Virus record (IMG/VR): IMGVR_UViG_3300008259_000014
Span: 38,311 to 102,310 of that record
Origin: a virus
Reading direction: 5' to 3' (one strand)
DNA length: 64,000 nucleotides
The position numbers and the translations under genes are program-made. Below are positions 29,488 through 38,937 of the stretch, in pieces (within the stretch, counting starts at the first letter, position 1; each line of letters begins with the position of its first letter). The notes below the pieces were generated by a model, which saw only the letters and a program-made list of their open reading frames with translations, was not told the DNA's origin and did no database searches.

Positions 29488-30042
29488 TTATTTTTGATCT
29501 TTGCTGGCAACCATCTCTATATATCTATCTAGATACCATCTAGCTTTCTTTAAATCTTCTAACTCTGAGTTTTTCTTTCCTGCTCTTAAAATATACTTAA
29601 GAACGTTTCCAATATGGAAAGAAAGATTTAGTGCTTCAATAATTTTTATTACTTCATATGGATTACTTGCACCACCGTAATGATCTGGATGGTTTACCAT
29701 CTCAGATTTTGTTTCCTTAACCTCAATTTTCAAACCTACATTGCTAGACAAATCTGCCTCCAGTTTTAACATCTCGTTAAAGTTTTCTTTTTCGTACCCG
29801 TACATTATAAACCTGGATAACATGAAGTCAACAAAAAATAACTCGTAGCTCACAAATGCTAGTTTATTAGCACTATTCGAGGCAATTGTAAACAAATCAA
29901 TTGATAAAACTCTTGAAAGAAAAATATCATCTACTTCTTTTGTCAAGAAGATAGTTCCATTTCCCTCATCATCAAAATACCTTGAACTTTGGTAATCTCC
30001 TTCTATCAGGAATGGGTGAATTCCTTTTTTTATTTTATACAT
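29488..30042 (-). CDS. DUF3310 / T7 gp1.7-like domain protein
   Basis: VNHPDHY, GNVLKY..RAGKK, EDLKKARWYL. Confidence 0.8.
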   Translation of the reverse strand: MYKIKKGIHPFLIEGDYQSSRYFDDEGNGTIFLTKEVDDIFLSRVLSIDLFTIASNSANKLAFVSYELFFVDFMLSRFIMYGYEKENFNEMLKLEADLSSNVGLKIEVKETKSEMVNHPDHYGGASNPYEVIKIIEALNLSFHIGNVLKYILRAGKKNSELEDLKKARWYLDRYIEMVASKDQK

Positions 30043-30400
30043 CTTTTGTATGCCTTAAGACTACACTTGCTATATTCCTTAGAACATCTGAATCATTTTC
30101 AGATCCTCCAGAGGCTTTGCTAAAAGCTTCCTCAAAAGTATCACCATCTTCGATATCCAGATATTGAGATCCTAAAGCTTTTAAGTCTTCTGACTTTTCA
30201 ATATTTGATCCTAAAACTAGCAATATCTCATCTGCACTAATAGCCGGCATTATTTCAGCCAGCTTACTATAAACGACTTCGTAATTAGCCAAATCTATCT
30301 GATCAGATTCTGACTGTGAGATTTTTATAATCCTGTTTATGCTATATTCTGCATTTGTATTTTTAAGTGCAGCTTTTAGTTTTATTAATTCTTTAATCAT
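30035..30400 (-). CDS. Hypothetical protein, probable late/virion protein
   Basis: TACTAAT upstream; MIKELIKL...IIKISQ leader. Confidence 0.55.
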   Translation of the reverse strand: MIKELIKLKAALKNTNAEYSINRIIKISQSESDQIDLANYEVVYSKLAEIMPAISADEILLVLGSNIEKSEDLKALGSQYLDIEDGDTFEEAFSKASGGSENDSDVLRNIASVVLRHTKDV

Positions 30401-30424
30401 AATAGGCTTATAAAAATTAGTATA

Positions 30425-31276
30425 TCAATACTCTCTTACTTCAAACTCTCTGCCTAGAAATTTCTTAAGACGATCAAGAGCTCTAATTTCAAGCTTTCTA
30501 ACCCATTCTCTTGACATGTGAAGTCTTTTTCCAAGACTTCTCAAAGTCTCTGGCTCACCAGATAGATATCTTGCCTTTATAATTTCCTTCTCATCTTCCG
30601 GCAAAGCCTCGATGCCATCGAAAAGAAGAGTCATGTACTCATCTTCCGATGAGATCTTGAACATTGATTCTATGCTTTTTGCATCATCAGAGATTGTATC
30701 TTGAAGCTTCGTAGTCTTCTCCCCATCTCCTTGTAGGACAGGCTTATCAAGCTCTACACTATAACCGTGTAGAGCTATCATCATCTGATCTACTTCTTCT
30801 ACTTTCACACCTACAATTTCTGCGATCTTCTCATTTAGAGATCTTCCATCTAAGCCCATCGACTCTGCTTGCGCCTTTGCCTTTGCCATATTTGCAAACA
30901 AAGCCCTGCTGCCAGTGGTAGATCCAAGCTTAATGATAGATTTGTTTGACATAACAAACTTCTTTATATAAGCATTTATCCACCACCCCGCATAGGTTAT
31001 GAACACTGCGTCTAGCTTTTGACTGTCAAACTTGGCAGCAGCTTGCAATAGACCCGCAAGACCTTCCTGTAGGAGGTCTTCATACATTATATTAGGATTA
31101 GAGAGGCTTGCTTTTTTAGCCTGAGAAACTACTAGCCTCATATTAGATAGAATTAGCTTGTCTAGATACTTTTTATCTCCTGTTTCTTTCCACTTTTCAA
31201 ATAGATTAAATTGATCTTCGTGTGATAAAACCTTGTAGTTCTTACAAGCATTATCAACGAGGTCATACGTGCTCAT
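30425..31276 (-). CDS. RNA polymerase sigma-70-family factor (RpoH-like)
   Basis: LILSNMRLV, DLLQEG..GL..A..KFD, FITYA.WWI, region 4 SREWVRKLE.RAL. Confidence 0.9.
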   Translation of the reverse strand: MSTYDLVDNACKNYKVLSHEDQFNLFEKWKETGDKKYLDKLILSNMRLVVSQAKKASLSNPNIMYEDLLQEGLAGLLQAAAKFDSQKLDAVFITYAGWWINAYIKKFVMSNKSIIKLGSTTGSRALFANMAKAKAQAESMGLDGRSLNEKIAEIVGVKVEEVDQMMIALHGYSVELDKPVLQGDGEKTTKLQDTISDDAKSIESMFKISSEDEYMTLLFDGIEALPEDEKEIIKARYLSGEPETLRSLGKRLHMSREWVRKLEIRALDRLKKFLGREFEVREY

Positions 31277-31500
31277 TTAATTCTATCTCCACTCTTCTTA
31301 ATTGAATTATCAATCTTAATTCTTTGCTTATCGAATGTTACAGAATCCTGCATGTCATCCCATTCATCGCCAAAATCTTCATCATCTTCCATCAAGGAAT
31401 CATTAATATACATGTCTTCCTCGTTTGGATGGAACTTACTTGAACCCTTTTTTGTGGGCACAGTATTCATTGAAGATCTCGAATATGACTTATTTCGCAT
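31273..31500 (-). CDS. Hypothetical acidic protein
   Basis: Coupled ORF. Confidence 0.5.
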   Translation of the reverse strand: MRNKSYSRSSMNTVPTKKGSSKFHPNEEDMYINDSLMEDDEDFGDEWDDMQDSVTFDKQRIKIDNSIKKSGDRIK

Positions 31501-31503
31501 TAC

Positions 31504-31710
31504 TTAACTTTTCTCCCTAATAAATGTTATTGTTATTGTATTATCTGAATTAATTAACTTTGGACCAACTTTTGTCTTATATTTATCAACAGGATACTGC
31601 TTTAAAAATGTTTTTTTAAAGTCATCAATTTGATATTGATATCCTGTGACACAAGTAATTACTTGTGTCTTGCTTTGCTCAATCCAATTTATTCTAAAAC
31701 TATCTGACAT
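31504..31710 (-). CDS. Hypothetical protein
   Basis: GGAGG RBS. Confidence 0.55.
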   Translation of the reverse strand: MSDSFRINWIEQSKTQVITCVTGYQYQIDDFKKTFLKQYPVDKYKTKVGPKLINSDNTITITFIREKS

Positions 31711-31719
31711 TTAAACCTC

Positions 31720-31908
31720 CTAAGTCTTTTGCAAAGTTCTTGAGGAGTCTAAAATCTTAGACCATAAACCATCCCAGGTTTTGTCTTCCAGACATAATGA
31801 TTTTTTATGAAGAATAGCTATAAAAATATCGCTAACCTCATCTTCAAAGACTTCCCACTCTAAATTTGCAAATCTTCTAACTGATAAAAACTTTATATTT
31901 GTAGTCAT
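31720..31908 (-). CDS. Hypothetical protein
   Basis: GGAG before MTTNIK; hairpin at 31921-31960 upstream. Confidence 0.45.
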   Translation of the reverse strand: MTTNIKFLSVRRFANLEWEVFEDEVSDIFIAILHKKSLCLEDKTWDGLWSKILDSSRTLQKT

Positions 31909-31990
31909 AGCATCTCCATACATAGGTAGCGCACACGCGCATGTGTGTATGCTACCTATGCAGACGGTGTAATTCAACAAATATAAAGTT

Positions 31991-32443
31991 TTATGTTTGC
32001 TGTTTAAAAATTATCTTTTTAAGAGGACGCTCACCATGTCCAAGCCAACCATAAAATGGCATATCTTGAAGATAATCTTGTAATGTTGGAATCTTTCCCA
32101 TGTCTTGGATGATATGTTCTTCTGCAATTGTACGCACAGATATGGAAACATCATCTGAATTTCTAATTACAGTTCCAGATTTATTTCTAGCTAAACTAAG
32201 AATATCTGCAACCTCATCTTCTGTCCATCCCCACTTTTCTTTTAGTGAGTCAAGCTTTACATGATCTACTCCAAATACTTTTTCTGCAATAAATGGACCA
32301 AGAGTATTATGCAGAATGGCTCTATGCCTAGTGTCAGCATAGGCAATCTTTGACATATCAAGAAATTCATGAATTTCTTGATAATCAGAGGGTTTTCCGC
32401 CATGCTCTCTTGCTGATACAGATGCGTGAATAAATCCTTTCAT
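31991..32443 (-). CDS. Conserved His-rich phage protein (DUF6915-like)
   Basis: HA..SA...GG...Y..IH.F.D.SK, RHRAILH, EEHI..D. Confidence 0.65.
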   Translation of the reverse strand: MKGFIHASVSAREHGGKPSDYQEIHEFLDMSKIAYADTRHRAILHNTLGPFIAEKVFGVDHVKLDSLKEKWGWTEDEVADILSLARNKSGTVIRNSDDVSISVRTIAEEHIIQDMGKIPTLQDYLQDMPFYGWLGHGERPLKKIIFKQQT

Positions 32444-32446
32444 TTT

Positions 32447-32872
32447 TCAAGCAACCAAGACAACTTCTGTAACTTCAAAAAGCTTAAAATCTGCCTGGTC
32501 TGCAAATTCAATATAAAAATCATCTGGTGCATCTACAACTGTGTTTTTTCCAATAGTAGTAGGATACATAATGTCATTATATCCTTCTTTAAATTCTATA
32601 TTATAGATATTTTTACACTTAGCAATCCAAAGAGGGTCCAAATCAAAACATTCATTTCCGCCATATGTCATATGAGATTCTACATAACCTAATGAGTCCT
32701 TCTCAAATCTTTCTCTCATTGCTGCGGCTGTCTTTTTCTGTGCCGAAATAATGGCTAAATCATAATCCGTATAAGCTTCAGTGGCAGCTCCTCCACCACT
32801 GCCACTTCTATAGTAGTATTCGTCATTATATTCCCATCCAAGCTCATTAATTATATACATCTTTGCTTTCAT
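32447..32872 (-). CDS. Hypothetical protein, paralog of 32869..33273
   Basis: Y.I.ELGWEY.D.YY; PD.FY.EF. Confidence 0.65.
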   Translation of the reverse strand: MKAKMYIINELGWEYNDEYYYRSGSGGGAATEAYTDYDLAIISAQKKTAAAMRERFEKDSLGYVESHMTYGGNECFDLDPLWIAKCKNIYNIEFKEGYNDIMYPTTIGKNTVVDAPDDFYIEFADQADFKLFEVTEVVLVA

Positions 32873-33273
32873 GCCACCACCTCAATTTCAACGATTTCAT
32901 AAAATCTAATATCACATTGATCAATAAACTCAAGATAAAAAGAATCAGGAGTTAATTCAGCTACCGAGTCTTTTCTTCCAACTGTATAAGGAATGTGCTC
33001 TTCTGTAAATTTAATGTTATATTTTGTTTCGCACTCAGCAGCCCAATCCTCATCAAGAATTGGGCGATCATAGTTAGCTGTAAAATTTGAAACAAAACTA
33101 GCAGACGATTGCAATAATCCGCTTCTTACATGCTTTACAGTCAATCTTTCAAGACCCATCTCTGCCAACTCAAGCATAGTATAGATCTCTACTGGAATAG
33201 TACTATCTGTTTTAAAATAGTAGTTATCATCATATTCCCAGCCTAACTCCACAATTAGATACATACTTCCCAT
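32869..33273 (-). CDS. Hypothetical protein, paralog of 32447..32872
   Basis: Same motifs. Confidence 0.65.
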   Translation of the reverse strand: MGSMYLIVELGWEYDDNYYFKTDSTIPVEIYTMLELAEMGLERLTVKHVRSGLLQSSASFVSNFTANYDRPILDEDWAAECETKYNIKFTEEHIPYTVGRKDSVAELTPDSFYLEFIDQCDIRFYEIVEIEVVA

Positions 33274-33280
33274 AAAACCT

Positions 33281-33700
33281 CTACATTATTACTGGTGTTT
33301 TGAAAATTTTAAAAAAATCTGGCATAAATTTATTTGCAAAAGCATTAAGAAATTTTCTACTTGGAATATCTATTTTTTTATCATTATAAGCTTCTACCAA
33401 TAGATCGTAGGCATCAGACACTATAAAGCTTCCACAGTGAAATTCTTTTAGAATAAAATCATATTTTTCTTTGGAATTATTTTGCAAAAGAAAATAATCA
33501 AATTCTATTAGAGAAGAATAGTCCATATATTCTTGTGTATCACACAAATATTTCATTTCAGAATTGTCGAAATCAGATTTTAGAGCCTCATATATTAGCT
33601 CGTCAGCAACTTGCCTTGCAACATCTTCATCTGAAAAGATCCCAATGGGACACCCTACACCATAAACTGGATTCGTTATCACATACGCATAAGCTCCCAT
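33281..33700 (-). CDS. Hypothetical protein
   Basis: ORF; start uncertain. Confidence 0.55.
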   Translation of the reverse strand: MGAYAYVITNPVYGVGCPIGIFSDEDVARQVADELIYEALKSDFDNSEMKYLCDTQEYMDYSSLIEFDYFLLQNNSKEKYDFILKEFHCGSFIVSDAYDLLVEAYNDKKIDIPSRKFLNAFANKFMPDFFKIFKTPVIM

Positions 33701-34059
33701 TTTCCATCCCAATTTGTATAATACACTTTTTTAATGCCATACTTTTTAATAAAGTGCTGGCAGTATTTGCATGGGCGAGCCATAGTAGGCTTTCCGCCAT
33801 GTGCGGTAAATCTGGCGACATAAATCTCAGTCACCTTCTCACCCTTTAGAGCCCTTATCAAATCCATTTCGGCGTGCATGTGATAGCCCGTGGAGCCATC
33901 ACTATACTTTCTTCCAAACTTTGCGGAGCACTTCTCGGAATTAACGCCGTAAATGTATGACTTTCCCTTTCTTGCCCAGGCCGCAAGATGAAAGACATGA
34001 TTATTCTTAAGAGCTAGATTGACTGCCTGGTTAGGATAGTACACAGTCCATACGGACAC
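33679..34059 (-). CDS. Zn-dependent cytidine/deoxycytidylate-deaminase-family protein
   Basis: HAE...ARPCKYC. Confidence 0.8.
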   Translation of the reverse strand: MSVWTVYYPNQAVNLALKNNHVFHLAAWARKGKSYIYGVNSEKCSAKFGRKYSDGSTGYHMHAEMDLIRALKGEKVTEIYVARFTAHGGKPTMARPCKYCQHFIKKYGIKKVYYTNWDGKWELMRM

Positions 34060-34091
34060 TTCCCCTTTTGGTGGGCCTTCTTGCCCACCAA

Positions 34092-34119
34092 CCTATAATC
34101 GGAATAAAACCCGGATCAC
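34092..34119 (-). promoter_or_regulatory. GTGATCC-N15-TATAGG promoter (copy 1)
   Basis: One of four identically spaced intergenic copies. Confidence 0.65.
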
Positions 34120-34126
34120 CTTTTTT

Positions 34127-34414
34127 TTAATCCTCGATAATCTGGATTGTAAGGTCGTCCACTCCGGCAATCACTCTGTGCCATGAATTCTTTGGAATAA
34201 AAAACTCCATACCAACAGTCATCTTTATTGGCATAGAATTATCCATTTGATAGAACCAATTAGTTCCGCTTAAAACTTTTATTACTCGATCTTTTTCATC
34301 CCTATGCCACTTCAGCTCATCTAGTGGGACATGCCTAGAAAAAGATCGAGTAATTACATTGTTATTAGTACTTTGATGGTACGGCCTACCATCTTCCTTC
34401 AAAGGATAGTCCAA
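34127..34414 (-). CDS. Cupin-fold protein
   Basis: WHRD...IPKNSWHRV. Confidence 0.7.
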   Translation of the reverse strand: MDYPLKEDGRPYHQSTNNNVITRSFSRHVPLDELKWHRDEKDRVIKVLSGTNWFYQMDNSMPIKMTVGMEFFIPKNSWHRVIAGVDDLTIQIIED

Positions 34415-35042
34415 GCTGCTCCTTGTATCTGTGTATATTACAAGCCCAGTATCTTGCTTTTGTCTTTGGTCCAGGGCTATCGCAATTATGTCTTGCTAAA
34501 AATGATTTTCTTCTTTCTGGAGAATTTCCTTTAATTGAAAGGTTTGGATCACCAAATGTTACAGTTTTTACGTTTCCAGTAGATGGATCTTTTACATGAA
34601 CAATAAACTTCTTTCTTCCATAGCCTGGATCTCCCTTGTGGACCCTTCTTGGGCTATTTAGCTTGTGCTTCTTTTTTTCTGCGGCGGTCTTATTCATAAA
34701 ACTTTCTTCGTACAGCTCTAGTGGTATTGGCAGATCCAATGGTACCAAATTGCCATCGACCTCGGCAAATTTTCCTATATCATTTTTTAAAAACCATGCG
34801 TCGTTCTCGGAAACCGAGAGAGAACCTTCCTTCCAAAGACCCCTTGACTCATTAAATAGGTTGTAGAAGGCTTTTGAATAAATCCTGAAAATATTGTTGC
34901 CAAGTGGGATGCCAAGATTTATATGATATTGTAGCTCAGGTGAACACGGTACGGCGGATGCAATCTTTGGTGGTAAATTATCTAAACTTGTAGCTACTTT
35001 TAATATTCCAACAATAGCTTTGCTTCTTTTTACTGATTCCAT
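34386..35042 (-). CDS. Conserved large-phage protein
   Basis: KKF.V.VK...V.FGD...RRKSF.ARHNC...ARYWAC. Confidence 0.6.
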   Translation of the reverse strand: MESVKRSKAIVGILKVATSLDNLPPKIASAVPCSPELQYHINLGIPLGNNIFRIYSKAFYNLFNESRGLWKEGSLSVSENDAWFLKNDIGKFAEVDGNLVPLDLPIPLELYEESFMNKTAAEKKKHKLNSPRRVHKGDPGYGRKKFIVHVKDPSTGNVKTVTFGDPNLSIKGNSPERRKSFLARHNCDSPGPKTKARYWACNIHRYKEQLGLSFEGRW

Positions 35043-35043
35043 C

Positions 35044-35844
35044 TTATTCTCCTAATATTGTCTTTCTATATTGATTAAAATTAGCAGTTGTCCATCTCAC
35101 TGCTTCTTTAAATGTTGTAAACTTTTTAATATCAAAATTTCCAATTTTAATATAATCATCCCACTTGCTTTTTATTAATGGTATAATGTCTCTTGCTGTA
35201 TTTCCAATAAAGATAACTTGCTCCTCGTTATCTCCGTAGTGCGTAACTAATATTCCGTTTGCTTTAAATAACACTGCCTCTTCGCCGTATTTTTTACCAG
35301 TAAGGTTTTTTGTGTCTGTTGCCAAAAATGCAAAATTATAACCTTCTCCACTAGACCTTGCTGATTCTGATTCAAATCTCGTGTAAGCAATTCTAGAGGG
35401 ATCTGGGGCGCCATATTTGAAGCCCTCTTCTGCAATGCTGTTTGCATAATCAGTAAAGTGAACTAACCACTCATCTTTTACTATTCTGTTGAATGATAGA
35501 ACAGTCCATGGGGGAAGATCAGTGGATTGCATTTTTTCCCAATAATGTGATTTATAATATTCTTTGTAATACTCTTTATAATCACCTATTTCAATGTCCC
35601 AGTAATCGTTATCAATATCACTTTGATTTAAATAATCATTATTTTTTAGCCATTTAAAAAAAATAAAAATGTCTGCATTTGCAACATCTTCGCCACGAGT
35701 ATAGTCTTGGTCTTCTGATCTGCTATCTTCAATAAGATTTTTTACAATAACCATATCATTTGTTAAATATGATTTTTTTAAAATCATAGCTTCTTTTTTA
35801 AAAGAATTTTTAATTAAAAAATTAAATAATAATTTAAGCTTCAT
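35044..35844 (-). CDS. Hypothetical protein, possible ADP-ribosyltransferase fold
   Basis: LVHFT...I..EGF...YNFAF...EEQV pattern. Confidence 0.4.
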   Translation of the reverse strand: MKLKLLFNFLIKNSFKKEAMILKKSYLTNDMVIVKNLIEDSRSEDQDYTRGEDVANADIFIFFKWLKNNDYLNQSDIDNDYWDIEIGDYKEYYKEYYKSHYWEKMQSTDLPPWTVLSFNRIVKDEWLVHFTDYANSIAEEGFKYGAPDPSRIAYTRFESESARSSGEGYNFAFLATDTKNLTGKKYGEEAVLFKANGILVTHYGDNEEQVIFIGNTARDIIPLIKSKWDDYIKIGNFDIKKFTTFKEAVRWTTANFNQYRKTILGE

Positions 35845-35845
35845 A

Positions 35846-36313
35846 TTAAAACCATCTAACCTTTTCAAATTGCCACATACCATTAAAAAAGTTTTCAATA
35901 GTATCTATATCTGATTGATCTATTTTTCCATTGCTAGCAACTATAAGTTTGTCGTTACCAACGGGAGGCGCCTTGTCTGCTTTTTCATTCCAAATCTTTT
36001 TATCATCTTTTATCTTAACTATTCCAATGATATTTAAATTCTTCGTATCTCTATTGGATGGCGGCAAGATAATATCCCAGCCCATGTTATCTGCTGGATT
36101 TATCCATTCAGAAAGCTCTCCATAGTCAAATGGCAGCTCTCTTTTTTTATCTCCAAATCCTTTTTTAGATCCCATTGGGCTATCTAGAAAAACATCTGGT
36201 GTTTTATTTTCCTTTAAAAGCTTTGCAACTTCTTTATATGTTTTTACAGCTTTTGCTTTTTCTTTTGCCAATTTAAAAAATCTCCTTAATTGATTAAGTC
36301 TATTGTTATTCAT
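35846..36313 (-). CDS. Inorganic pyrophosphatase-like protein
   Basis: PFDYGE...PADNMGWDI...DKLI. Confidence 0.6.
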   Translation of the reverse strand: MNNNRLNQLRRFFKLAKEKAKAVKTYKEVAKLLKENKTPDVFLDSPMGSKKGFGDKKRELPFDYGELSEWINPADNMGWDIILPPSNRDTKNLNIIGIVKIKDDKKIWNEKADKAPPVGNDKLIVASNGKIDQSDIDTIENFFNGMWQFEKVRWF

Positions 36314-37394
36314 CTTGAAGTAATCCAGGGTTTTCTTCTATGAATAGGCTTGAATAATATCCTATGCATTCTTCATAAACTTCATTAAATTTTTGTTCAA
36401 TTTCTGGCATTGAGTTATCAACATCTTTCAGGAACTTTATAAGTGCTTTTTCTTTTTCATTTGTTAGAAATGACTCATTATTTTTAAAGCTAAAAGTTTT
36501 CCATAATTTTTTTGCAGTAGGAATTAATGATACTGCATTGGTATCAAATGCCTCATTAATTATAGCTTTTGCAAAAGTTAGCTTATCTTCAATAAGTAGA
36601 TCTTTATCTCTATCGCCTTCTTTAGACTCTGCCTCTATTAAATCTATCATAGAGTCTCTACTATCTGGACTGAGAGGCATTTCAATTCCATATCTTGATT
36701 TTAAGATATAATCCAATTGCTCCCAATCAACTGTTTTTTTCCCAGAAAAATCTTTATTATACACACTGTCGATAGAGCTTACAAGTACTTCTTCAATTAT
36801 ATCTAAGAAGTTATAGTCACCCATAATAAATCCTTTTTCAGTAAATTTTTTATATGCAACAGGGTGTGTTATTGCGTGATGCATTTCATGCAGCAAATCT
36901 TGCATAAATCTTGTTACGTTTGCACCATCTTCATAATAACTTTCCCAGTCAGCTCTTCCAAAAATTTTACTTATGCTTACGCTTGTCCATTCTATTATTT
37001 CTGGAAACTCAGAAAAGTTAATATTAAAAATATTTAAAATAAAAGGAACATAAAATTTATATATAAAGTCATCTCTAAAATAATGTGCTATATCATATGT
37101 TTTCCTTTCTGAAAAATCATATACCATTTTTTTTAGCTTATTATTTGATATAGATTTTGAAATATTGTAATTATTTAATATGTGATTAAGAAATTTGTTT
37201 CCAAAGATCCTAGACGGATTGCCATCAAAATCTCTTGGAAATGCTTGCTTCATTCTTTTATTAATATTATTGATAATATCATAAGTATTCTTGGTAAGAT
37301 TTTCTTGCCTCACCATTCTATGGACTTCTTTGGCTTCTTTTAAAAATAAATTTTTATTCAAAAAAATTTCTAATTCCTGTAATCTTGTTTGCAT
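36306..37394 (-). CDS. HExxH metallopeptidase-like protein
   Basis: LLHEMHH and downstream EE. Confidence 0.45.
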   Translation of the reverse strand: MQTRLQELEIFLNKNLFLKEAKEVHRMVRQENLTKNTYDIINNINKRMKQAFPRDFDGNPSRIFGNKFLNHILNNYNISKSISNNKLKKMVYDFSERKTYDIAHYFRDDFIYKFYVPFILNIFNINFSEFPEIIEWTSVSISKIFGRADWESYYEDGANVTRFMQDLLHEMHHAITHPVAYKKFTEKGFIMGDYNFLDIIEEVLVSSIDSVYNKDFSGKKTVDWEQLDYILKSRYGIEMPLSPDSRDSMIDLIEAESKEGDRDKDLLIEDKLTFAKAIINEAFDTNAVSLIPTAKKLWKTFSFKNNESFLTNEKEKALIKFLKDVDNSMPEIEQKFNEVYEECIGYYSSLFIEENPGLLQDE

Positions 37395-37551
37395 AAAAAA
37401 CCTCGTGCTTTCTGAAAATTAACAAATCCAAAGTTTTTGCACGGCGGCGGCTAAGTTGAATTTGTCATTCATAGTAATATCTTTTCAATATTATTGTAAT
37501 ACAAAACGCATATTTATTAATAGTTGCCATATTATATATTAGGATTATAAA

Positions 37552-38904
37552 ATGAAAAAAGCATTAAACTTGTTAAAAAATGCATTAAAAAAGATTGCAA
37601 AAAAAGAAGCAGTAAATGAAGTTGAAGACCTTATTAATGATTTTTTAAACGAAGCAGATATATCAGAGTTGATAAGCTCCAATAATGCTGACTGGGCAGA
37701 TGGAGAACAAGCTCCATCTTACTTAAGAAAAAAAGCAAATATGATCTTAGTCATTAATGACTGGGAAGATCTAGAAGATAAATTTGGACAAAATGGCGTA
37801 GAGTTAAAAAAACTTTGGGAGATTTTTGCACAATCTGATTCTAGCGGCGAATATAGCAAAGATGTCAGTTCATTTATTAAATTTTATAGAAATAAAGAAA
37901 ATGCATCTGGAAATAACAGCGCTATGTATGACAGTTTAAAACTATTAATGAAAAAACCAGAAGTTGCAAAAGAAGAACCGAAGAGTATCGAAGAAAAAGA
38001 AATGATTACTGAAGTTGGTCACCAGCCTAGCGTCCCTTACTCTTATAGCGAAGGGTCAAGCGAAGACATGTATGCCAAAATATTAGAAGGTATATCTGCT
38101 CCAGTAACTAAAAATAATATTGATTTTATGAAAGCGTGGAGAAGAGCAGAGGGAGGTAGAGCCTCATTTAATCCATTTAATACAACTCAAAAATGGAGCA
38201 ATAGTACTAACTATAACTCTGTAGGCGTTAAAAACTACGCAACAAGAGAAGACGGAATTGGTGCCACAGTAAAGACTCTTTTAAATGGAAGGTATAACGA
38301 TATAGTTAATTCGCTACAGAGGGATAACCCTCCTCATACTACCGCTGAATCAAAAAGCCTATATACTTGGGGGACCGGAGGAGGCGTTTTAAGAGTTCTT
38401 GGTCGCAGAGGCACTGTCATGGGCGAGGGATCTATTCCAAAGCCTTCAAAGGGCATCCTAGGGCTTGCAAAGCATATCCTAGGAGGTCGTGGCATAGACT
38501 GGTTTCCCAATGGCTATTCTAATGGGCCAGCGAACCACAAATCAAGATCTAGAGGCAATTGGCAATCAGATAATGCATGGGATCTTGGCGCTCCAGAAGG
38601 CACTCCAGTTTACTCAATTACAAGCGGAACAGTTACAAAGGTAAAACAAGCAACACCATCTAAAGATGGGAAGGTTTACGGAATAAGTGTAACAGTAGAT
38701 GGTGGCAAAGTCTATCCAAATGTATTTTACACACATCTTGGAAGCTCATCGGTTTCTATAGGTGACAAGATTGAATTTGGACAGCTAATAGGAACAATTG
38801 GAGCCTCTTCTGATCCAAAAATGCCAAGGCATGTTCACATAGGCTTGGATTCAGGACATATAAGTAGTCTTGTTTCAGAATCAGGAGAGATAAAAATGGC
38901 ATAA
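37552..38904 (+). CDS. Peptidoglycan hydrolase: lysozyme-like domain plus M23 peptidase
   Basis: AW..AEGG..NPFNT domain; DLGAPEGTPVY, YTHL, HVH. Confidence 0.8.
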   Translation: MKKALNLLKNALKKIAKKEAVNEVEDLINDFLNEADISELISSNNADWADGEQAPSYLRKKANMILVINDWEDLEDKFGQNGVELKKLWEIFAQSDSSGEYSKDVSSFIKFYRNKENASGNNSAMYDSLKLLMKKPEVAKEEPKSIEEKEMITEVGHQPSVPYSYSEGSSEDMYAKILEGISAPVTKNNIDFMKAWRRAEGGRASFNPFNTTQKWSNSTNYNSVGVKNYATREDGIGATVKTLLNGRYNDIVNSLQRDNPPHTTAESKSLYTWGTGGGVLRVLGRRGTVMGEGSIPKPSKGILGLAKHILGGRGIDWFPNGYSNGPANHKSRSRGNWQSDNAWDLGAPEGTPVYSITSGTVTKVKQATPSKDGKVYGISVTVDGGKVYPNVFYTHLGSSSVSIGDKIEFGQLIGTIGASSDPKMPRHVHIGLDSGHISSLVSESGEIKMA

Positions 38905-38936
38905 AAAAAGGGAGATGCAAAAGCATCTCCCTTTTT
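38905..38936. terminator. Bidirectional terminator
   Basis: GGGAGATGC/GCATCTCCC flanked by A and T tracts. Confidence 0.85.
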
Positions 38937-38937
38937 A

